Source: Eledone cirrhosa
Lineage: Eukaryota
Length of the DNA stretch: 64,000 nt
Assembly: GCA_964016885.1 (NCBI GenBank)
Contig: OZ024765.1
Coordinates: 7,874,001-7,938,000, forward strand
Direction: 5' to 3'
Below are positions 28,263 to 41,931 of this stretch, in pieces. The notes under the pieces were generated by a model. It ran no database searches. It saw only the letters and a program-made list of their open reading frames with translations, and was not told the DNA's origin. Each line of letters begins with the position of its first letter. Within the stretch, counting starts at the first letter, position 1. The translations under genes and the position numbers were made by a program.

Positions 28263-28650
28263 ATAGTTTTTGTTTCAAAATCTGTTCACAATTGAAAACA
28301 CTTTATAACAAAATATTGATTAATTAATTTATCTTTCTCTCTGTAAATAAACTTTTCAGTGTTCTTAATTTTTCTGACATGGAGAAAACCAGCGACATGT
28401 AGACACTGGAGGGAAGACTTTAAACTGGGAACCTTGAGAAATCATTCTTGTGTAAATCTAAATATATTGTCTACCAAGATGTACACATTGGAGGGAAGAC
28501 TTTAAACTGCGAACCTTGACAAATATTTCTTATGTAAATCTAAATATATTGTATACCAACCTGTACACATTGGTGAGAAGACTTTAAACTGTGAACCTTG
28601 AGAAATATTTATGTAAATCTAGATATATTATTAACCAAAATGTACACATT

Positions 28651-29137
28651 TAGTGGTGAACTTGCAGTTAACTGTTCGGCAATTCGTGGTGTTCGTGGAA
28701 CAACAAGATCTAGTCACAACAATATGAACAAAGAACATTTATTTATTGAAGAACATATTTTTTAATCGTGTTTGTGAATGTGAACAAGCAGAATACATTG
28801 GAACTTGTTAAGAGCACAAGGGTGTTTGCAGATAATACAATGTTAGCTCTAGTGGTTCTCAAGACATTATGGATGTCTAATATCCAGATGGTAGATTAAA
28901 CACAGCACTCTTGGGTTAGCCATATTTCGAGCCACCTGTTGCACGTTGAGGACAGCAAATTATTACGTGTTTCTGGTCTGAAACTATCTGCTGAACTCAT
29001 TGCTTTCGGTTTTGGCACAATGCATTACTCATCCGATAGATAGCTGTATCGGATCGCTGACTGGCTAATATTTAGGTGAGGTGAGTTAGTGCAACAGGGA
29101 TCAACGCGTGTAAATTGACTGATTTATCTGTTCACTA
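28651..29137. mobile_element. hAT-like element, copy 4
   Basis: TSD tacacatt/cacacact. Confidence 0.55.
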
Positions 29138-29161
29138 CACACACTGGAGGGAAGACTTTAA

Positions 29162-29568
29162 CCCTTTAGCATTCAAACTGGCTGTATCCGGCCAGAACTC
29201 GCACTTCTTTCTGTTCAAACCAGCTGTAACTGGCTGCTCACACCTACTTTAAGATATTGTTCTCAAAATAAATAATTGTTTCTACTTTAGGCACAAGGCC
29301 AGCAATTACCCAGTGCATTACTGGTACTTTATTTTATCGACCCCGTAAGGATGAAAGGCAAAGTCAACCTCGGCGGGATTTGAACTCAGATCGTAAAGGG
29401 GCGTAACTATGCTGGAAAGCATGGCGTCCGACCCTCTACCGATACTGCCAATCCAATAAATAATATCAAAATCTTGTAGATTCAATTTTATGTGAGATAA
29501 TTGTGTAAGATAAAGCCTTTACTGTGTAAATAAAATAGTAAATATGAAGTATTGTAAATGCTAAAGGG
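29162..29568. mobile_element. piggyBac-like MITE with nested SINE (29277-29454), copy 4
   Basis: Same TIRs and TSDs. Confidence 0.85.
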
Positions 29569-30565
29569 GTAAACTGGGAAGCATGAGAAATATTTCTTGT
29601 GTAAATCTAAATATATTGTCTACTAAATACATTCAATGTAAACATTTCTTTGTGATTTAAAATGTTTAAAATTTCTCTCACATCGTTGATTTAAAAAAGT
29701 GAAATATTATAATATTTGAGAATCTGTAATTTATAAGAGTTACTTCTAGTTCTGATGGTGTCGTTGACTCCCTAACGTAAAGTAAGTTTAATACTTTAAT
29801 CACAGAGAAAAACAAATAAAGAAATTGATTGATTATCGATCTCATTAACTAATTGGTTTTGCCAATGTTCCAGATTCTCTTATAAAGAGATTCAAACCAT
29901 GACCATCACGTATATTTTGTATATCTAGACTAAAATAACCAATATCCAATGTGTACTTCATTTAATAAGATGATGGGTTAAATTTGAGAACTCATTTGAC
30001 TGTTATTTCTAGCACATTTAGACCCCTGTATAGTCATCCTACATGATACATATTAGTAGTTATTTTGATAGCTAACGTAAATTATCTTGTTATTTACCAT
30101 GGGTTGGATACAATTCGAGATATTTCGGAATGTATCTAAATATCGCAGGATATTATTTTGATATGACACCGGTATCGTTCAGCGAGGGAAATATTTACAA
30201 CGTATGGAGGCACATGTTTTCTTTTATAATGAGGTTTAATCTAGTTATGTTAACAGAGTCCCAGGATATCTAAGACAAGAAACTGTATTATAATATATTA
30301 TAATTACACCTAATATAATTATATCGTGTAAACAGAGTCCCAGGATATCTAAGAGAAGAAACTAAACTATAATATATTATAATTACATCTAATCTAATTA
30401 TATCGTGTAAACAGAGTCCCAGGATTTCTAAGAGAAGAAACTAAACTATAATATATTATAATTACACCTAATATAATTATATCGTGTAAACAGAGTCCCA
30501 GGATATCTAAGACAAGAAACTGTATTATAATATATTATAATTAGAGATAATTCTCGGAAATTAAT

Positions 30566-33007
30566 ATGGAAGATGTTAAACACTTGGACATTTCTAACAC
30601 TACTTTGTTTAACAATATAGATACAGTTACACAGACATACAGTGGTCAGAAAACTTTGTCTAATAAAACGTTCACTGAACAAAGATCATTACATAGAAAT
30701 ATTCCTGAATATTGTTGTGAGATTTGTAAGAAAACTTTCTCTTCAGAAGATGAAGTCATCACACACAAAGAAACACACAAGAGAGAGAAACCTTACCACT
30801 GTGAAATATGTGGGATTTGTTTTGCCAGTAAGAATTATTTAACACAACACGAAAGAACACACACTGGAGAGGAACCTTACCACTGTGAGATATGTGGAAA
30901 ATCTTTTGCCAATAATAATAATTTAAAAAGTCACATCAGAACACACTCTGGAGAGAAACCTAACCACTGTGAGATGTGTGGCAAATCTTTTGCCAGTAAA
31001 GCTCATTTAAAATTACACATAAGAACACACACTGGAGAGAAACCTTTCCACTGTGAGATATGTGGCAAATCTTTTGCCAGTAATGGTCATTTAAAAATAC
31101 ACATAAGAACACACACTGGAGAGGAACCTTACCACTGTGAGATATGTGGAAAATCTTTTGCCAATAATGGTGATGTAAAAATACACATCAGAACACACAC
31201 TGGAGAGAAACCTTACCACTGTGAGATATGTGGCAAATCTTTTGCCAGTAATGCTCATTTAAAAAGACACATAAGAACACACACTGGAGAGAAACCTTAC
31301 CACTGTGAGATATGTGGCAAATCTTTTGCCAGAAATGGTCCTTTAAAAATACACATAAGAACACACACTGGAGAGGAACCTTACCACTGTGAGATATGTG
31401 GCAAATCTTTTGCCCGTAATGGTAATTTAAAAAAACACATAAGAACACACACTGGAGAGAAACCTTACCACTGTGAGATATGTGGCAAATCTTTTGCCTG
31501 TAATGGTTATTTAAAAATACACATAAGAACACACACTGGAGAGGAACCTTACCACTGTGAGATATGTGGCAAATCTTTTGCCAGTAATGGTGATTTAAAA
31601 ATACACAAAAGAACACACACTGGAGAGGAACCTTACCACTGTGAGATATGTGGCAAATCTTTTGCCAGTAATGGTGATTTAAAATTACACATAAGAACAC
31701 ACACTGGAGAGAAACCTTACCACTGTGAGATATGTGGCAAATCTTTTGCCAGTAATGGTCATTTAAAAATACACATAAGAACACACACTGGAGAGGAACC
31801 TTACCACTGTGAGATATGTGGCAAATCTTTTGCCCGTAATGGTAATTTAAAAAAACACATAAGAACACACACTGGAGAGAAACCTTACCACTGTGAGATA
31901 TGTGGCAAATCTTTTGCCTGTAATGGTTATTTAAAAATACACATAAGAACACACACTGGAGAGGAACCTTACCACTGTGAGATATGTGGCAAATCTTTTG
32001 CCAGTAATGGTGATTTAAAAATACACAAAAGAACACACACTGGAGAGGAACCTTACCACTGTGAGATATGTGGCAAATCTTTTGCCAGTAATGGTGATTT
32101 AAAAATACACAAAAGAACACACACTGGAGAGGAACCTTATCACTGTGAGATATGTGGCAAATCTTTTGCCTGTAATGGTCCTTTAAAAAGACACATAAGA
32201 ACACACACTGGAGAGAAACCATACCACTGCGATATATGTGGTAAATATTTTGCCCGTAATGATAATTTTAAAATACACATAAGAACACACACTGGAGAGG
32301 AACCTTTCCACTGTGAGATATGTGGCAAATCTTTTGCCAGTAATGGTCATTTAAAAATACACAAAAGAACACACACTGGAGAGCAACCATACCACTGTGA
32401 AATATGTGGTAAATATTTTGCCAGTAAGAATTATTTAACGGAACACGAAAGAACACATACTGGAGAGAAACCTTTCCACTGTGAGACATGTGACAAATCT
32501 TTTGCCAGTAAGAATTATTTAAAAATACACATAAGAACACACTCTGGAGAGAAATATTTCCAATGTGAGATATGTGGCAATTCTTTTGCCAGTAATGGTC
32601 ATTTAAAAAGACACGTACGAACACACACTGGAGAGGAACCTTTCCACTGTGAGATATGTGGCAAATCTTTTGCCCGTAATGATAATTTAAAAAGTCACGT
32701 AAGAACACACACTGGAGAGAAACCTTATCACTGTGAGAAATGTGGTAAATATTTTGCCAGTAAGAATTATTTAACGGAACACGAAAGAACACATACTGGA
32801 GAGAAACCTTTCCACTGTGAGACATGTGACAAATCTTTTGCCAGTAAGAATTATTTAAAAATACACATAAGAACACACACTGGAGAGGAACCTTACCACT
32901 GTGAAATATGTGGCAAATCTTTTGCCCATAATGATTATTTAAAAATACACATAAGAGCACACACTGTGAAATATGTAAAAAATCTTTTGCCAGTAAGAAT
33001 TATGTAA
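30566..33007 (+). CDS. ZNF6: poly-C2H2 protein, 27 fingers, frameshifted tail
   Basis: 813-aa ORF; ZNF3-like plus an internal 420-bp (5-finger) duplication. Confidence 0.9.
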   Translation: MEDVKHLDISNTTLFNNIDTVTQTYSGQKTLSNKTFTEQRSLHRNIPEYCCEICKKTFSSEDEVITHKETHKREKPYHCEICGICFASKNYLTQHERTHTGEEPYHCEICGKSFANNNNLKSHIRTHSGEKPNHCEMCGKSFASKAHLKLHIRTHTGEKPFHCEICGKSFASNGHLKIHIRTHTGEEPYHCEICGKSFANNGDVKIHIRTHTGEKPYHCEICGKSFASNAHLKRHIRTHTGEKPYHCEICGKSFARNGPLKIHIRTHTGEEPYHCEICGKSFARNGNLKKHIRTHTGEKPYHCEICGKSFACNGYLKIHIRTHTGEEPYHCEICGKSFASNGDLKIHKRTHTGEEPYHCEICGKSFASNGDLKLHIRTHTGEKPYHCEICGKSFASNGHLKIHIRTHTGEEPYHCEICGKSFARNGNLKKHIRTHTGEKPYHCEICGKSFACNGYLKIHIRTHTGEEPYHCEICGKSFASNGDLKIHKRTHTGEEPYHCEICGKSFASNGDLKIHKRTHTGEEPYHCEICGKSFACNGPLKRHIRTHTGEKPYHCDICGKYFARNDNFKIHIRTHTGEEPFHCEICGKSFASNGHLKIHKRTHTGEQPYHCEICGKYFASKNYLTEHERTHTGEKPFHCETCDKSFASKNYLKIHIRTHSGEKYFQCEICGNSFASNGHLKRHVRTHTGEEPFHCEICGKSFARNDNLKSHVRTHTGEKPYHCEKCGKYFASKNYLTEHERTHTGEKPFHCETCDKSFASKNYLKIHIRTHTGEEPYHCEICGKSFAHNDYLKIHIRAHTVKYVKNLLPVRIM

Positions 33008-34215
33008 CACCTCACAAAAGAACACACACTGGAGAAGATCTATTTGTTTGTAAGATATGTGGGAAATCTTTTATGAATAATTCAGCACTTGTTATCCACA
33101 GACATACACACACTGGAGAAATATTCTATGAAATATGTGGAAAATATTTTGGCAGTAATGGCTATTTAAAAAGACACATAAGAACACACACTGTTGAACT
33201 TTTCCACTGTCAGATATGTGGCAAATCTTTTGGTAGGAGTTCTTCTTTAACAAGACACAAAAGAATACACACTGGATAAACCTTTCAGTGTTCTTAATTT
33301 TTCTTACATGAATAAAAAACCACAGAGATATTTTAATAAGTGACTTGTTTTAATAGAAACTCTAATTTAGAGTAATCTTCATAATCTACATCTGTTTTAT
33401 TAACACCATATGTAAACCTCCATTGCCCCCCAACTAAACAAAGAACTATGTCAGAGCTGTTTAGTGTTGGTTGTTTCGTTGTGAAACATGATACAAGTGT
33501 ATTCATACTGGAGAGAAACCTTTCCACTGTGAGACATGTGACAAATCTTTTGCCAGTAAGAATTATTTAAAAATACACATAAGAACACACACTGGAGAGG
33601 AACCTTACCACTGTGAAATATGTGGCAAATCTTTTGCCCATAATGATTATTTAAAAATACACATAAGAGCACACACTGTGAAATATGTAAAAAATCTTTT
33701 GCCAGTAAGAATTATGTAACACCTCACAAAAGAACACACACTGGAGAAGATCTATTTGTTTGGAAGATATGTGGGAAATCTTTTATGAATAATTCAGCAC
33801 TTGTTATCCACAGACATACACACACTGGAGAAATATTCTATGAAATATGTGGAAAATATTTTGGCAGTAATGGCTATTTAAAAAGACACATAACAACACA
33901 CACTGTTGAACCTTTCCACTGTCAGATATGTGGAAAATCTTTTGGTAGGAGTTCTTCTTTAACAAGACACAAAAGAATACACACTGGATAAACCTTTCAG
34001 TGTTCTTAATTTTTCTTACATGAATAAAAAACCACAGAGATATTTTAATAAGTGACTTGTTTTAGTAGAAACTCTAATTTAGAGTAATCTTCATAATCTA
34101 CATCTGTTTTATTAACACCATATGTAAACCTCCATTGCCCCCCAACTAAACAAAGAACTATGTCAGAGCTGTTTAGTGTTGGTTGTTTCGTTGTGAAACA
34201 TGATACAAGTGTATT
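32792..34215 (+). repeat. 712-bp tandem duplication spanning the ZNF6 3' end
   Basis: ORFs at 33073 and 33785 are offset by 712; junction lies in catactggagagaaacc at ~33504. Confidence 0.9.
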
Positions 34216-35119
34216 CATACTGGAGAGAAACCATTCCCCTGTGAAATATGTGGCAAATGTTTTTCTAACTGTTATTTAACACAACACAATAGAACACACA
34301 CTGCAGAGAAACCATTCTATTGTGAAATATGTGGAAAATTATTTTCCACTAGCTGTAGTTTAAGACACCACAAAAGAACAAATATTGAAGCAAAACCTTA
34401 ACAATGTGAAATATGAGGTAAATCGTTTTCTGTGAAGGCTAATTTAAGTACTCACAGAAGAACACACTGGTCAGAAACCCTTTCATTGTGAAATATGTCG
34501 GCAAACTTTTGCTTTCAAGTGGTAAACACAGGAGAACACATGCATGTAGATCTAAATATATTGTCTACCAAGATGTACACACTGGAGGGAAGACTTTAAA
34601 CTGTGAACCTTGAGAAATATTTCTTGTATAAATCTAAATATATTGTCTACCAAGATATACACATTGGAAGGAAGACTTTAAACTGTGAACCTTGAGAAAT
34701 ATTTCTTGTGTATATCTTAATATATTGCCTACCAACACACTGGAGTCAAGACTTTAAACTGGGAACGTAGAGAAATCTTTGTTATGTTAATCTAAATATA
34801 TTGTCTACCAACACTTGGGTGAATATTTATAGTGAAATAAATCTCTGTTAATTCTCATCTGAGAATTCCTTATTCCGTATATAAACTTGTTGATAAATAT
34901 TTACACACTGGACAAATACATGTATATATCATTGTGCAATATATGGGGAATCATTCTGTGTGAAATAAGTCTACACTTGCACTCCTCACCTAAATACAGA
35001 CTTGTGAGAAATAAAACTACATCAATATGAAATTTGTGACAAAATAATCACTTATCTATGTAAATTGAAATACAATTTTATAAAGATATTAAAATTGTTT
35101 TATTGGAAATCTTGAAATT

Positions 35120-36290
35120 GTGAATTTTATTCACAGTTGTATATATAATATTACAAATTGTCCACAATTCTTTCAGAATGAAATTATATATTTGTGTGAA
35201 AATAACATTACAAATCGTTTACAATTCTTTCAGAATGAAAATATAAACGGAGCATATAAATAACTTTACAGTAGAATAACATAAATATGTTTTAAATATA
35301 TACATAATTAATATTACAAATGCTTAGACAACATTATGAATTGCTCGCGACTCATTCAGAAAGATATATTCTTTTAATGTTACAATATTAAAGAAAATGT
35401 AGAGGAAGGGGTGAACAACTGAGCCACCACCAGAGCAAAAGACAGCAGCAAGGAGTACCGGGCAACCCCTCTAATGATCTTTGAGGCAAGCCAGCACACT
35501 TGCAGCATTGCCTCGGATGATGGGGAGGCTAATGGTCTGGAATAGCCAAGCGCCCTCGCTAGATTTTCCAGTGAAGAGAGGAACCTAGCAGTCAGTGGCC
35601 CGACTCCGCCAAATGTCTCGAAAGCCACAGGCTGAAAAGTGTAGCTGGCCGACAGATCAGCGTATTTGAGGGTCTTACTCCGCTCGTCTGTGGAAGCTGT
35701 GGCTCTCGTCCTAACCGCAGCATCCAGGATGTGGGAAAGAGCAAAACAGTCACAAACAGTGATGTCCCAGACAAGGCACGTGCCTCTCGACCAGGGGCAC
35801 AGGGTAAGGCCCTCAGGTCTTTTGCCATCACTTCTGGACAACTCAGATAGATCCAAGACTGAGGGGATGTTCGCCGGGGCCAAAGCTCTCTTGAGAATGA
35901 GGTTTAGCTCCGTGTGACCCGCATTCAGGCGGCAAGAGAGACCGCGGGGGCCTGTGGAGTTGTGGAGTTCGCCGCACCGGCACCTGAAACCCATGCAGAC
36001 GTCAGCTCCACTCTGAGAGCGATGGAGATACGAAGTTCGTCCAGGCTGTGTAGGCCACGGGCAAACTGATCTGACTGGACGAAGAGGGCCTTCGAACTTA
36101 TGCTGTCCCAAGTTCTCTGACTTCAACTATCCTCCACCTTCTCAGGAAGAGACAACCCCAACTCACTCCATTGCTGGAGAGCTTCACCCAACTCCCTGAT
36201 GGAACTAGTCCATGTTGGAGATGGGAGGATGCTGCTCACCAGGGTGGTGCAAGTGTGGGTGGAGGAAAGGAAGCAGGGGAGAGAGGGACA
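35120..36290 (-). mobile_element. CRE-like RLE retrotransposon fragment, copy 5 (longest open frame, 35380-36126)
   Basis: Zinc knuckle through RLE motifs contiguous in one frame. Confidence 0.85.
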
Positions 36291-36743
36291 ATAGTTTTTG
36301 TTTCAAAATCTGTTCACAATTGATAACACTTTATAACAAAATATTGTTTAATAAATTTCTCTTTCTCTCTGTAAATAAACTTTTCTGACCTGAATAAAAC
36401 CAGCGACATGTAGACACTGGAGGGAATACTTTAAACTGGGAACCTTGAGAAATCATTCTTGTGTAAATCTAAATATATTGTCTACCAAGATGTACACATT
36501 GGAGGGAAGACTTTAAACTGCGAACCTTGACAAATATTTCTTATGTAAATCTAAATATATTGTATACCAACCTGTACACATTGGTGAGAAGACTTTAAAC
36601 TGCGAACCTTGACAAATATTTCTTATGTAAATCTAAATATATTGTATACCAACCTGTACACATTGGTGAGAAGACTTTAAACTGTGAACCTTGAGAAATA
36701 TTTATGTAAATCTAGATATATTATTAACCAAAATGTACACATT

Positions 36744-37230
36744 TAGTGGTGAACTTGCAGTTAACTGTTCGGCAATTCGTGGTGTTCGTGGAACAACAAG
36801 ATCTAGTCACAACAGTATGAACAAAGAACATTTATTTATTGAAGAACATATTTTTTAATCGTGTTTGTGAATGTGAACAAGCAGAATACATTGGAACTTA
36901 TTAAGAGCACAAGGGTGTTTGCAGATAATACAATGTTAGCTCTAGTGGTTCTCAAGACATTATGGATGTCTAATATCCAGATGGTAGATTAAACACAGCA
37001 CTCTCGGGTTAGCCATATTTCGAGCCACCTGTTGCACGTTGAGGACAGCAAATTATTACGTGTTTCTGGTCTGAAACTATCTGCTGAACTCATTGCTTTC
37101 GGTTTTGGCACAATGCATTACTCATCCGATAGATAGCTGTATCGGATCGCTGACTGGCTAATATTTAGGTGAGGTGAGTTAGTGCAACAGGGATCAACGC
37201 GTGTAAATTGACTGATTTATCTGTTCACTA
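36744..37230. mobile_element. hAT-like element, copy 5
   Basis: Near-identical to 8547-9033. Confidence 0.55.
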
Positions 37231-37254
37231 CACACAATGGAGGGAAGACTTTAA

Positions 37255-37661
37255 CCCTTTAGCATTCAAACTGGCTGTATCCGGCCAGAACTCTCACTTC
37301 TTTCTGTTCAAACCGGCTGTAACTGGCTGCTCACACCTACTTTAAGATATTGTTCTCAAAATAAATAATTGTTTCTACTTTAGGCACAAGGCCAGCAATT
37401 ACCCAGTGCATTACTGGTACTTTATTTTATCGACCCCGTAAGGATGAAAGGCAAAGTCAACCTCGGCGGGATTTGAACTCAGATCGTAAAGGGGCGTAAC
37501 TATGCTGGAAAGCATGGCGTCCGACCCTCTACCGATACTGCCAATCCAATAAATAATATCAAAATCTTGTAGATTCAATTTTATGTGAGATAATTGTGTA
37601 AGATAAAGCCTTTACTGTGTAAATAAAATAGTAAATATGAAGTATTGTAAATGCTAAAGGG
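37255..37661. mobile_element. piggyBac-like MITE with nested SINE (37370-37547), copy 5
   Basis: Same TIRs and TSDs. Confidence 0.85.
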
Positions 37662-38480
37662 GTAAACTGGAAAGCATGAGAAATATTTCTTGTGTAAATC
37701 TAAATATATTGTCTACTAAATACATTCAATGTAAACATTTCTTTGTGATTTAAAGTGTTTAAAATTTCTGTCACACTTCGTTGATTTAAAAAAGTGAAAT
37801 ATTAGAATATTTGAGAATATGTAATTTATAAGAGTTACTTCTAGTTCTGACTCCCTAACGTAAAGTAAGTTTAATACTTAAATCACAGAGAAAAACAAAG
37901 AAAGAAATTGATTAATTATCGATCTCATTAACTAATTGGTTTTGCCAATGTTATAGATTCTCTTATAAAGATATTCCAACCATGACCATCAGGTATATTT
38001 TGTATATCTAGACTAAAATAACCAATATCCAATGTGTACTTCATTTAATAAGAGGATGGGGGTGAAATTTGACTGTTATTTCTAGCACGTTTAGACACCT
38101 GTATAGCCATCCTACATGATACATATTATTAGTTATTTTGATAGCTAACGTAAATTATTTTGTTATTTACCATGGGTTGGATACAATTCGAGATGTTTCT
38201 GAATGTATCTAAATATCGCAGGATATTATTTTGATATGACACCGGTATCGTTCAGCGAGGGAAATATTTACGACGTATGGAGGCACATGTTTTCTTTTAT
38301 AATGAGGTTTAATCCAGTTATGTTAACAGAGTCCCAGGATATCTAACACAGGAAACTGTATTATAACATATTATAATTTCATCTAATCTAATTATATCGT
38401 GTTAGCAGAGTCCCAGGATATCTAGGACAAGAAACTGTATTATAATATATTATAATCAGAAATAATTCTCGGAAATTACT

Positions 38481-39527
38481 ATGGAGGGTGTTAAACACTT
38501 GGACATTTCTAACACTACTTTGTTTAACAATATAGATACAGTTACACAGACATACAGTGGTGAGAAACCTTTATCTAATGAAACGTTTACTGAACAAACA
38601 TCATTACATGGAAATATTCCTGAATATTGTTGTGAGATTTGTAAGATAACTTTCTCTTCAGAAGATGAAGTCATCACACACAAAGAAACACACAAGAGAG
38701 AAAAACCTTACCACTGTGAGATATGTGGAAAATCTTTTGCCAATAATAATAATTTAAAAAGACACATCAGAACACATACTGGAGAGAAACCTTACCACTG
38801 TGAAATATGTGGCAAATCTTTTGCCCTTAATGCTCATTTAAAAATACACATAAGAACACACACTGGAGAGAAACCTTTCCACTGTGAGATATGTGGCAAA
38901 TCTTTTGCCAGTAATGGTCATTTAAAAAGACACATAAGAACACACACTGGAGAGGAACCTTACCACTGTGAGATATGTGGCAAATCTTTTGCCCGTAATG
39001 GTCATTTAAAAAGACACATAAGAACACACACTGGAGAGAAACCTTATCACTGTGAGATATGTGGGAAATCTTTTGCCAATAATGGTGATGTAAAAATACA
39101 CATAAGAACACACACAGGAGAGGAACCTTACCACTGTGAGATATGTGGCAAATCTTTTGCCCGAAATGATAAGTTAAAAATACACATAAGAACACACACT
39201 GGAGAGGAACCTTTCCACTGTGAGATATGTGGCAAATCTTTTGCCCGTAATGGTCATTTAAAAAGACACATACGAACACACACTGTAGAGAAACCTTACC
39301 ACTGTGAGATATGTGGTAAATATTTTGCCAGTAAGAATTATTTAACAGAACACGAAAGAACACATACTGGAGAGAAACCTTTCCACTGTGAGGCATGTGA
39401 CAAATCTTTTGCCAGTAAGAATTATTTAAAAATACACATAAGAACACACACTGGAGAGGAACCATACCACTGTGGGATAAGTGGCAAATCTTTTGCCCAT
39501 AATGATTATTTAAAAATACACACATAA
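38481..39527 (+). CDS. ZNF7: poly-C2H2 protein, ~10 intact fingers, truncated by a (CA) slippage insertion
   Basis: 348-aa ORF ending ATA CAC ACA TAA; out-of-frame fingers to 39855. Confidence 0.85.
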   Translation: MEGVKHLDISNTTLFNNIDTVTQTYSGEKPLSNETFTEQTSLHGNIPEYCCEICKITFSSEDEVITHKETHKREKPYHCEICGKSFANNNNLKRHIRTHTGEKPYHCEICGKSFALNAHLKIHIRTHTGEKPFHCEICGKSFASNGHLKRHIRTHTGEEPYHCEICGKSFARNGHLKRHIRTHTGEKPYHCEICGKSFANNGDVKIHIRTHTGEEPYHCEICGKSFARNDKLKIHIRTHTGEEPFHCEICGKSFARNGHLKRHIRTHTVEKPYHCEICGKYFASKNYLTEHERTHTGEKPFHCEACDKSFASKNYLKIHIRTHTGEEPYHCGISGKSFAHNDYLKIHT

Positions 39528-40440
39528 GAGCACACACTGTGAAATATGTAAAAAATCTTTTGCCAGTAAGAATTATGTAACACCTCACAAAAGAACACAC
39601 ACTGGAGAAGATCTATTTGTTTGTAAGATATGTGGGAAATCTTTTATGAATAATTCAGCACTTGTTATCCACAGACATACACACACTGGAGAAATATTCT
39701 ATGAAATATGTGGAAAATATTTTGGCAGTAATGGCTATTTAAAAAGACACATGAGAACACACACTGTTGAGGAACCTTTCCACTGTCAGATATGTGGCAA
39801 ATCTTTTGGTAGGTGTTCTTCTTTAACAAGATACAAAAGAACACACACTGGATAAACCTTTCAGCGTTCATAATTTTTCTTACATGAATAAAAACCAGAG
39901 AGATATTTTAATAAGTGACTTGTTTTAATAGACACCCTAATTTAGAGTAATCTTCATAATCTACATCTGTTTTATTAACACCATATGTAAACCTCCATTG
40001 CCCCCCAACTAAACAAAGAACTATGTCAGAGCTGTTTAGTGTTGGTTGTTTTGTTGTGAAACATGAGAAATCTTTTGTTAGTAAATCACATCTCGTTGTA
40101 CACGAGTGTATTCATACTGGAGAGAAACCATTCCCCTGTGAAATATGTGGCAAATGTTTTTCTAACTGTTATTTAACACAACACAATAGAACACACACTG
40201 CAGAGAAACCATTCCATTGTGAAATATGTTGCAAATTATTTTCCACTAGCTGTAGTTTAAGACACCACAAAAGAACACACATTGAAGAAAAACCTTAACA
40301 TTGTCAAATATGTGGTAAATCTTTTTCTGAGAAGGCTAATTTAAGTACTCACAGAAGAACACACTCTGGTCAGAAACCCTTACATTGTGAAATATGTGTA
40401 ACTAAGTGTAACTTAGGTAAACACAGGAGAACACATGCAT
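39528..40440 (+). pseudogene. Frameshifted 3' fingers, stop cassette and orphan fingers of unit 7
   Basis: ORFs 39646-39855 and 40023-40298. Confidence 0.75.
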
Positions 40441-41244
40441 GTAAATCTAAATATATTGTCTAACAACATGTACACACTGGAGGGAAGACTTTAAACTGTG
40501 ATCCTTGAGAAATATTTCTTATGTAAATCTAAATATATTGTCTACCAACATGTACACACTGTAGGGAAGACTTTAAACTGGGAACCTTGAGAAAATCTAA
40601 ATATATTCTCTACCAACATGTACACATTGGAGAATATGTTAGAAATCATTCTCTGTTGACTCTCATCTTGTAGTCTACAAATGTGTTCTCATCTGAGAGA
40701 AACCCTTTCACTAAAATATTAGGGAAATCCTTAATTGTGGTATATAAACTTGTTGATAAATGTATACACACTGGACAAATACATTTATATATCATCGTGA
40801 AATATATGGGGAATCATTCTGTGTGAAATAAGTCTACACTTGCAGTCCTCACCTAAATACAGACTTGTGAGAAATAAAACTACATCAATATGAAATGTGT
40901 GACGAAATAATCACTTTTCTATGTAAATTGAAATACAATTTTATAAAGATATTAAAATTGTTTTATTGGAAATCTTGAAATTATATTTTTTGTATCAAAA
41001 TTTGTTCACAATTGAAAAGATTTTATAACAAAACATTGTTTAATAAATTTACCTTTCTCTCTCTAAATAAATTTTTCTGACATGAATAAAACCAGCGACA
41101 TATTTTAATAAAGGTCTTGTTTTAATAGACACCCTAATTTAGAGTAAACTTCATAATCTACATGTTTTATCAACACCATATGTAAACCTCCATTGCCCCC
41201 CAACTAAACAAAGAGCTATCCCAGAACTGTTTAGTGTTGGTTGT

Positions 41245-41552
41245 CAGTCTGTCTAGAATAAGGGTCACTCTGATATCAAAGCCTGGATAGATGGGGCTCC
41301 TTTGTCACTTAGGTGACAACCTTTCAAATAACCAACAACTTTATCTTTGTGATGAAGGGGGAAACTGTGACTTGGTAGCCAGCATCTGGGTAAGGGTCAG
41401 GCAAGGATTAGGGACTCACCAACGTTACTTTTTTTAATCTGAGGAGAAACATGGACATTCAGCAACATGTAGGTGAACATTGATGCAATTGTCCATAGTC
41501 CCTGACCCTCAGCAGTGAGGGTGGGATCTCTCATCATCATCATCATCATCAT
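41245..41552 (+). mobile_element. Retroposon-like 3' end with (ATC)n tail
   Basis: Homolog of 585-884. Confidence 0.5.
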
Positions 41553-41609
41553 GTAATGATATCACACAGGAAGTATTTTAAATACATTTAACGAAAACAT
41601 TTCTTGGTA

Positions 41610-41931
41610 ACCTGTTAGACGCGCAGTGACTAACAGCAGAATGTTTTAAGTCTGCATGTTCTGACATATATGCGTAGCTTGTGAATAAAAAATTCAAGGG
41701 GTTTCGCTGGCTGTGGTGATCCCTGCCAAACATCTTTTGTAATGTATCGTCTTATTGACTAATCAACCAATGAGAGTAATTGTTGCTCAAAAGCATCTGC
41801 CACTTTGTTTGCACGTTTATTTATCGTTTCGCTTTCGAATCTTCCTCCTGTATTTTGTCTTTTATCATCAAAATATTTTTCTCGTTTTGGTAAGTTATAT
41901 TGTTAATTTATATTAACTATTTTTTTTTCAG
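41610..41931 (+). promoter_or_regulatory. Putative promoter and non-coding first exon for ZNF8
   Basis: CCAAT at 41767-41771; locally CpG-containing pyrimidine-rich stretch; consensus donor G|GTAAGT at 41890; polyT-CAG acceptor at 41931. Confidence 0.45.

Noticed and set aside
41890-41931. 42-nt micro-intron as a firm call
   Set aside because: Donor and acceptor look canonical, but the length is very short; the donor may pair with a downstream acceptor. Needs transcript data.
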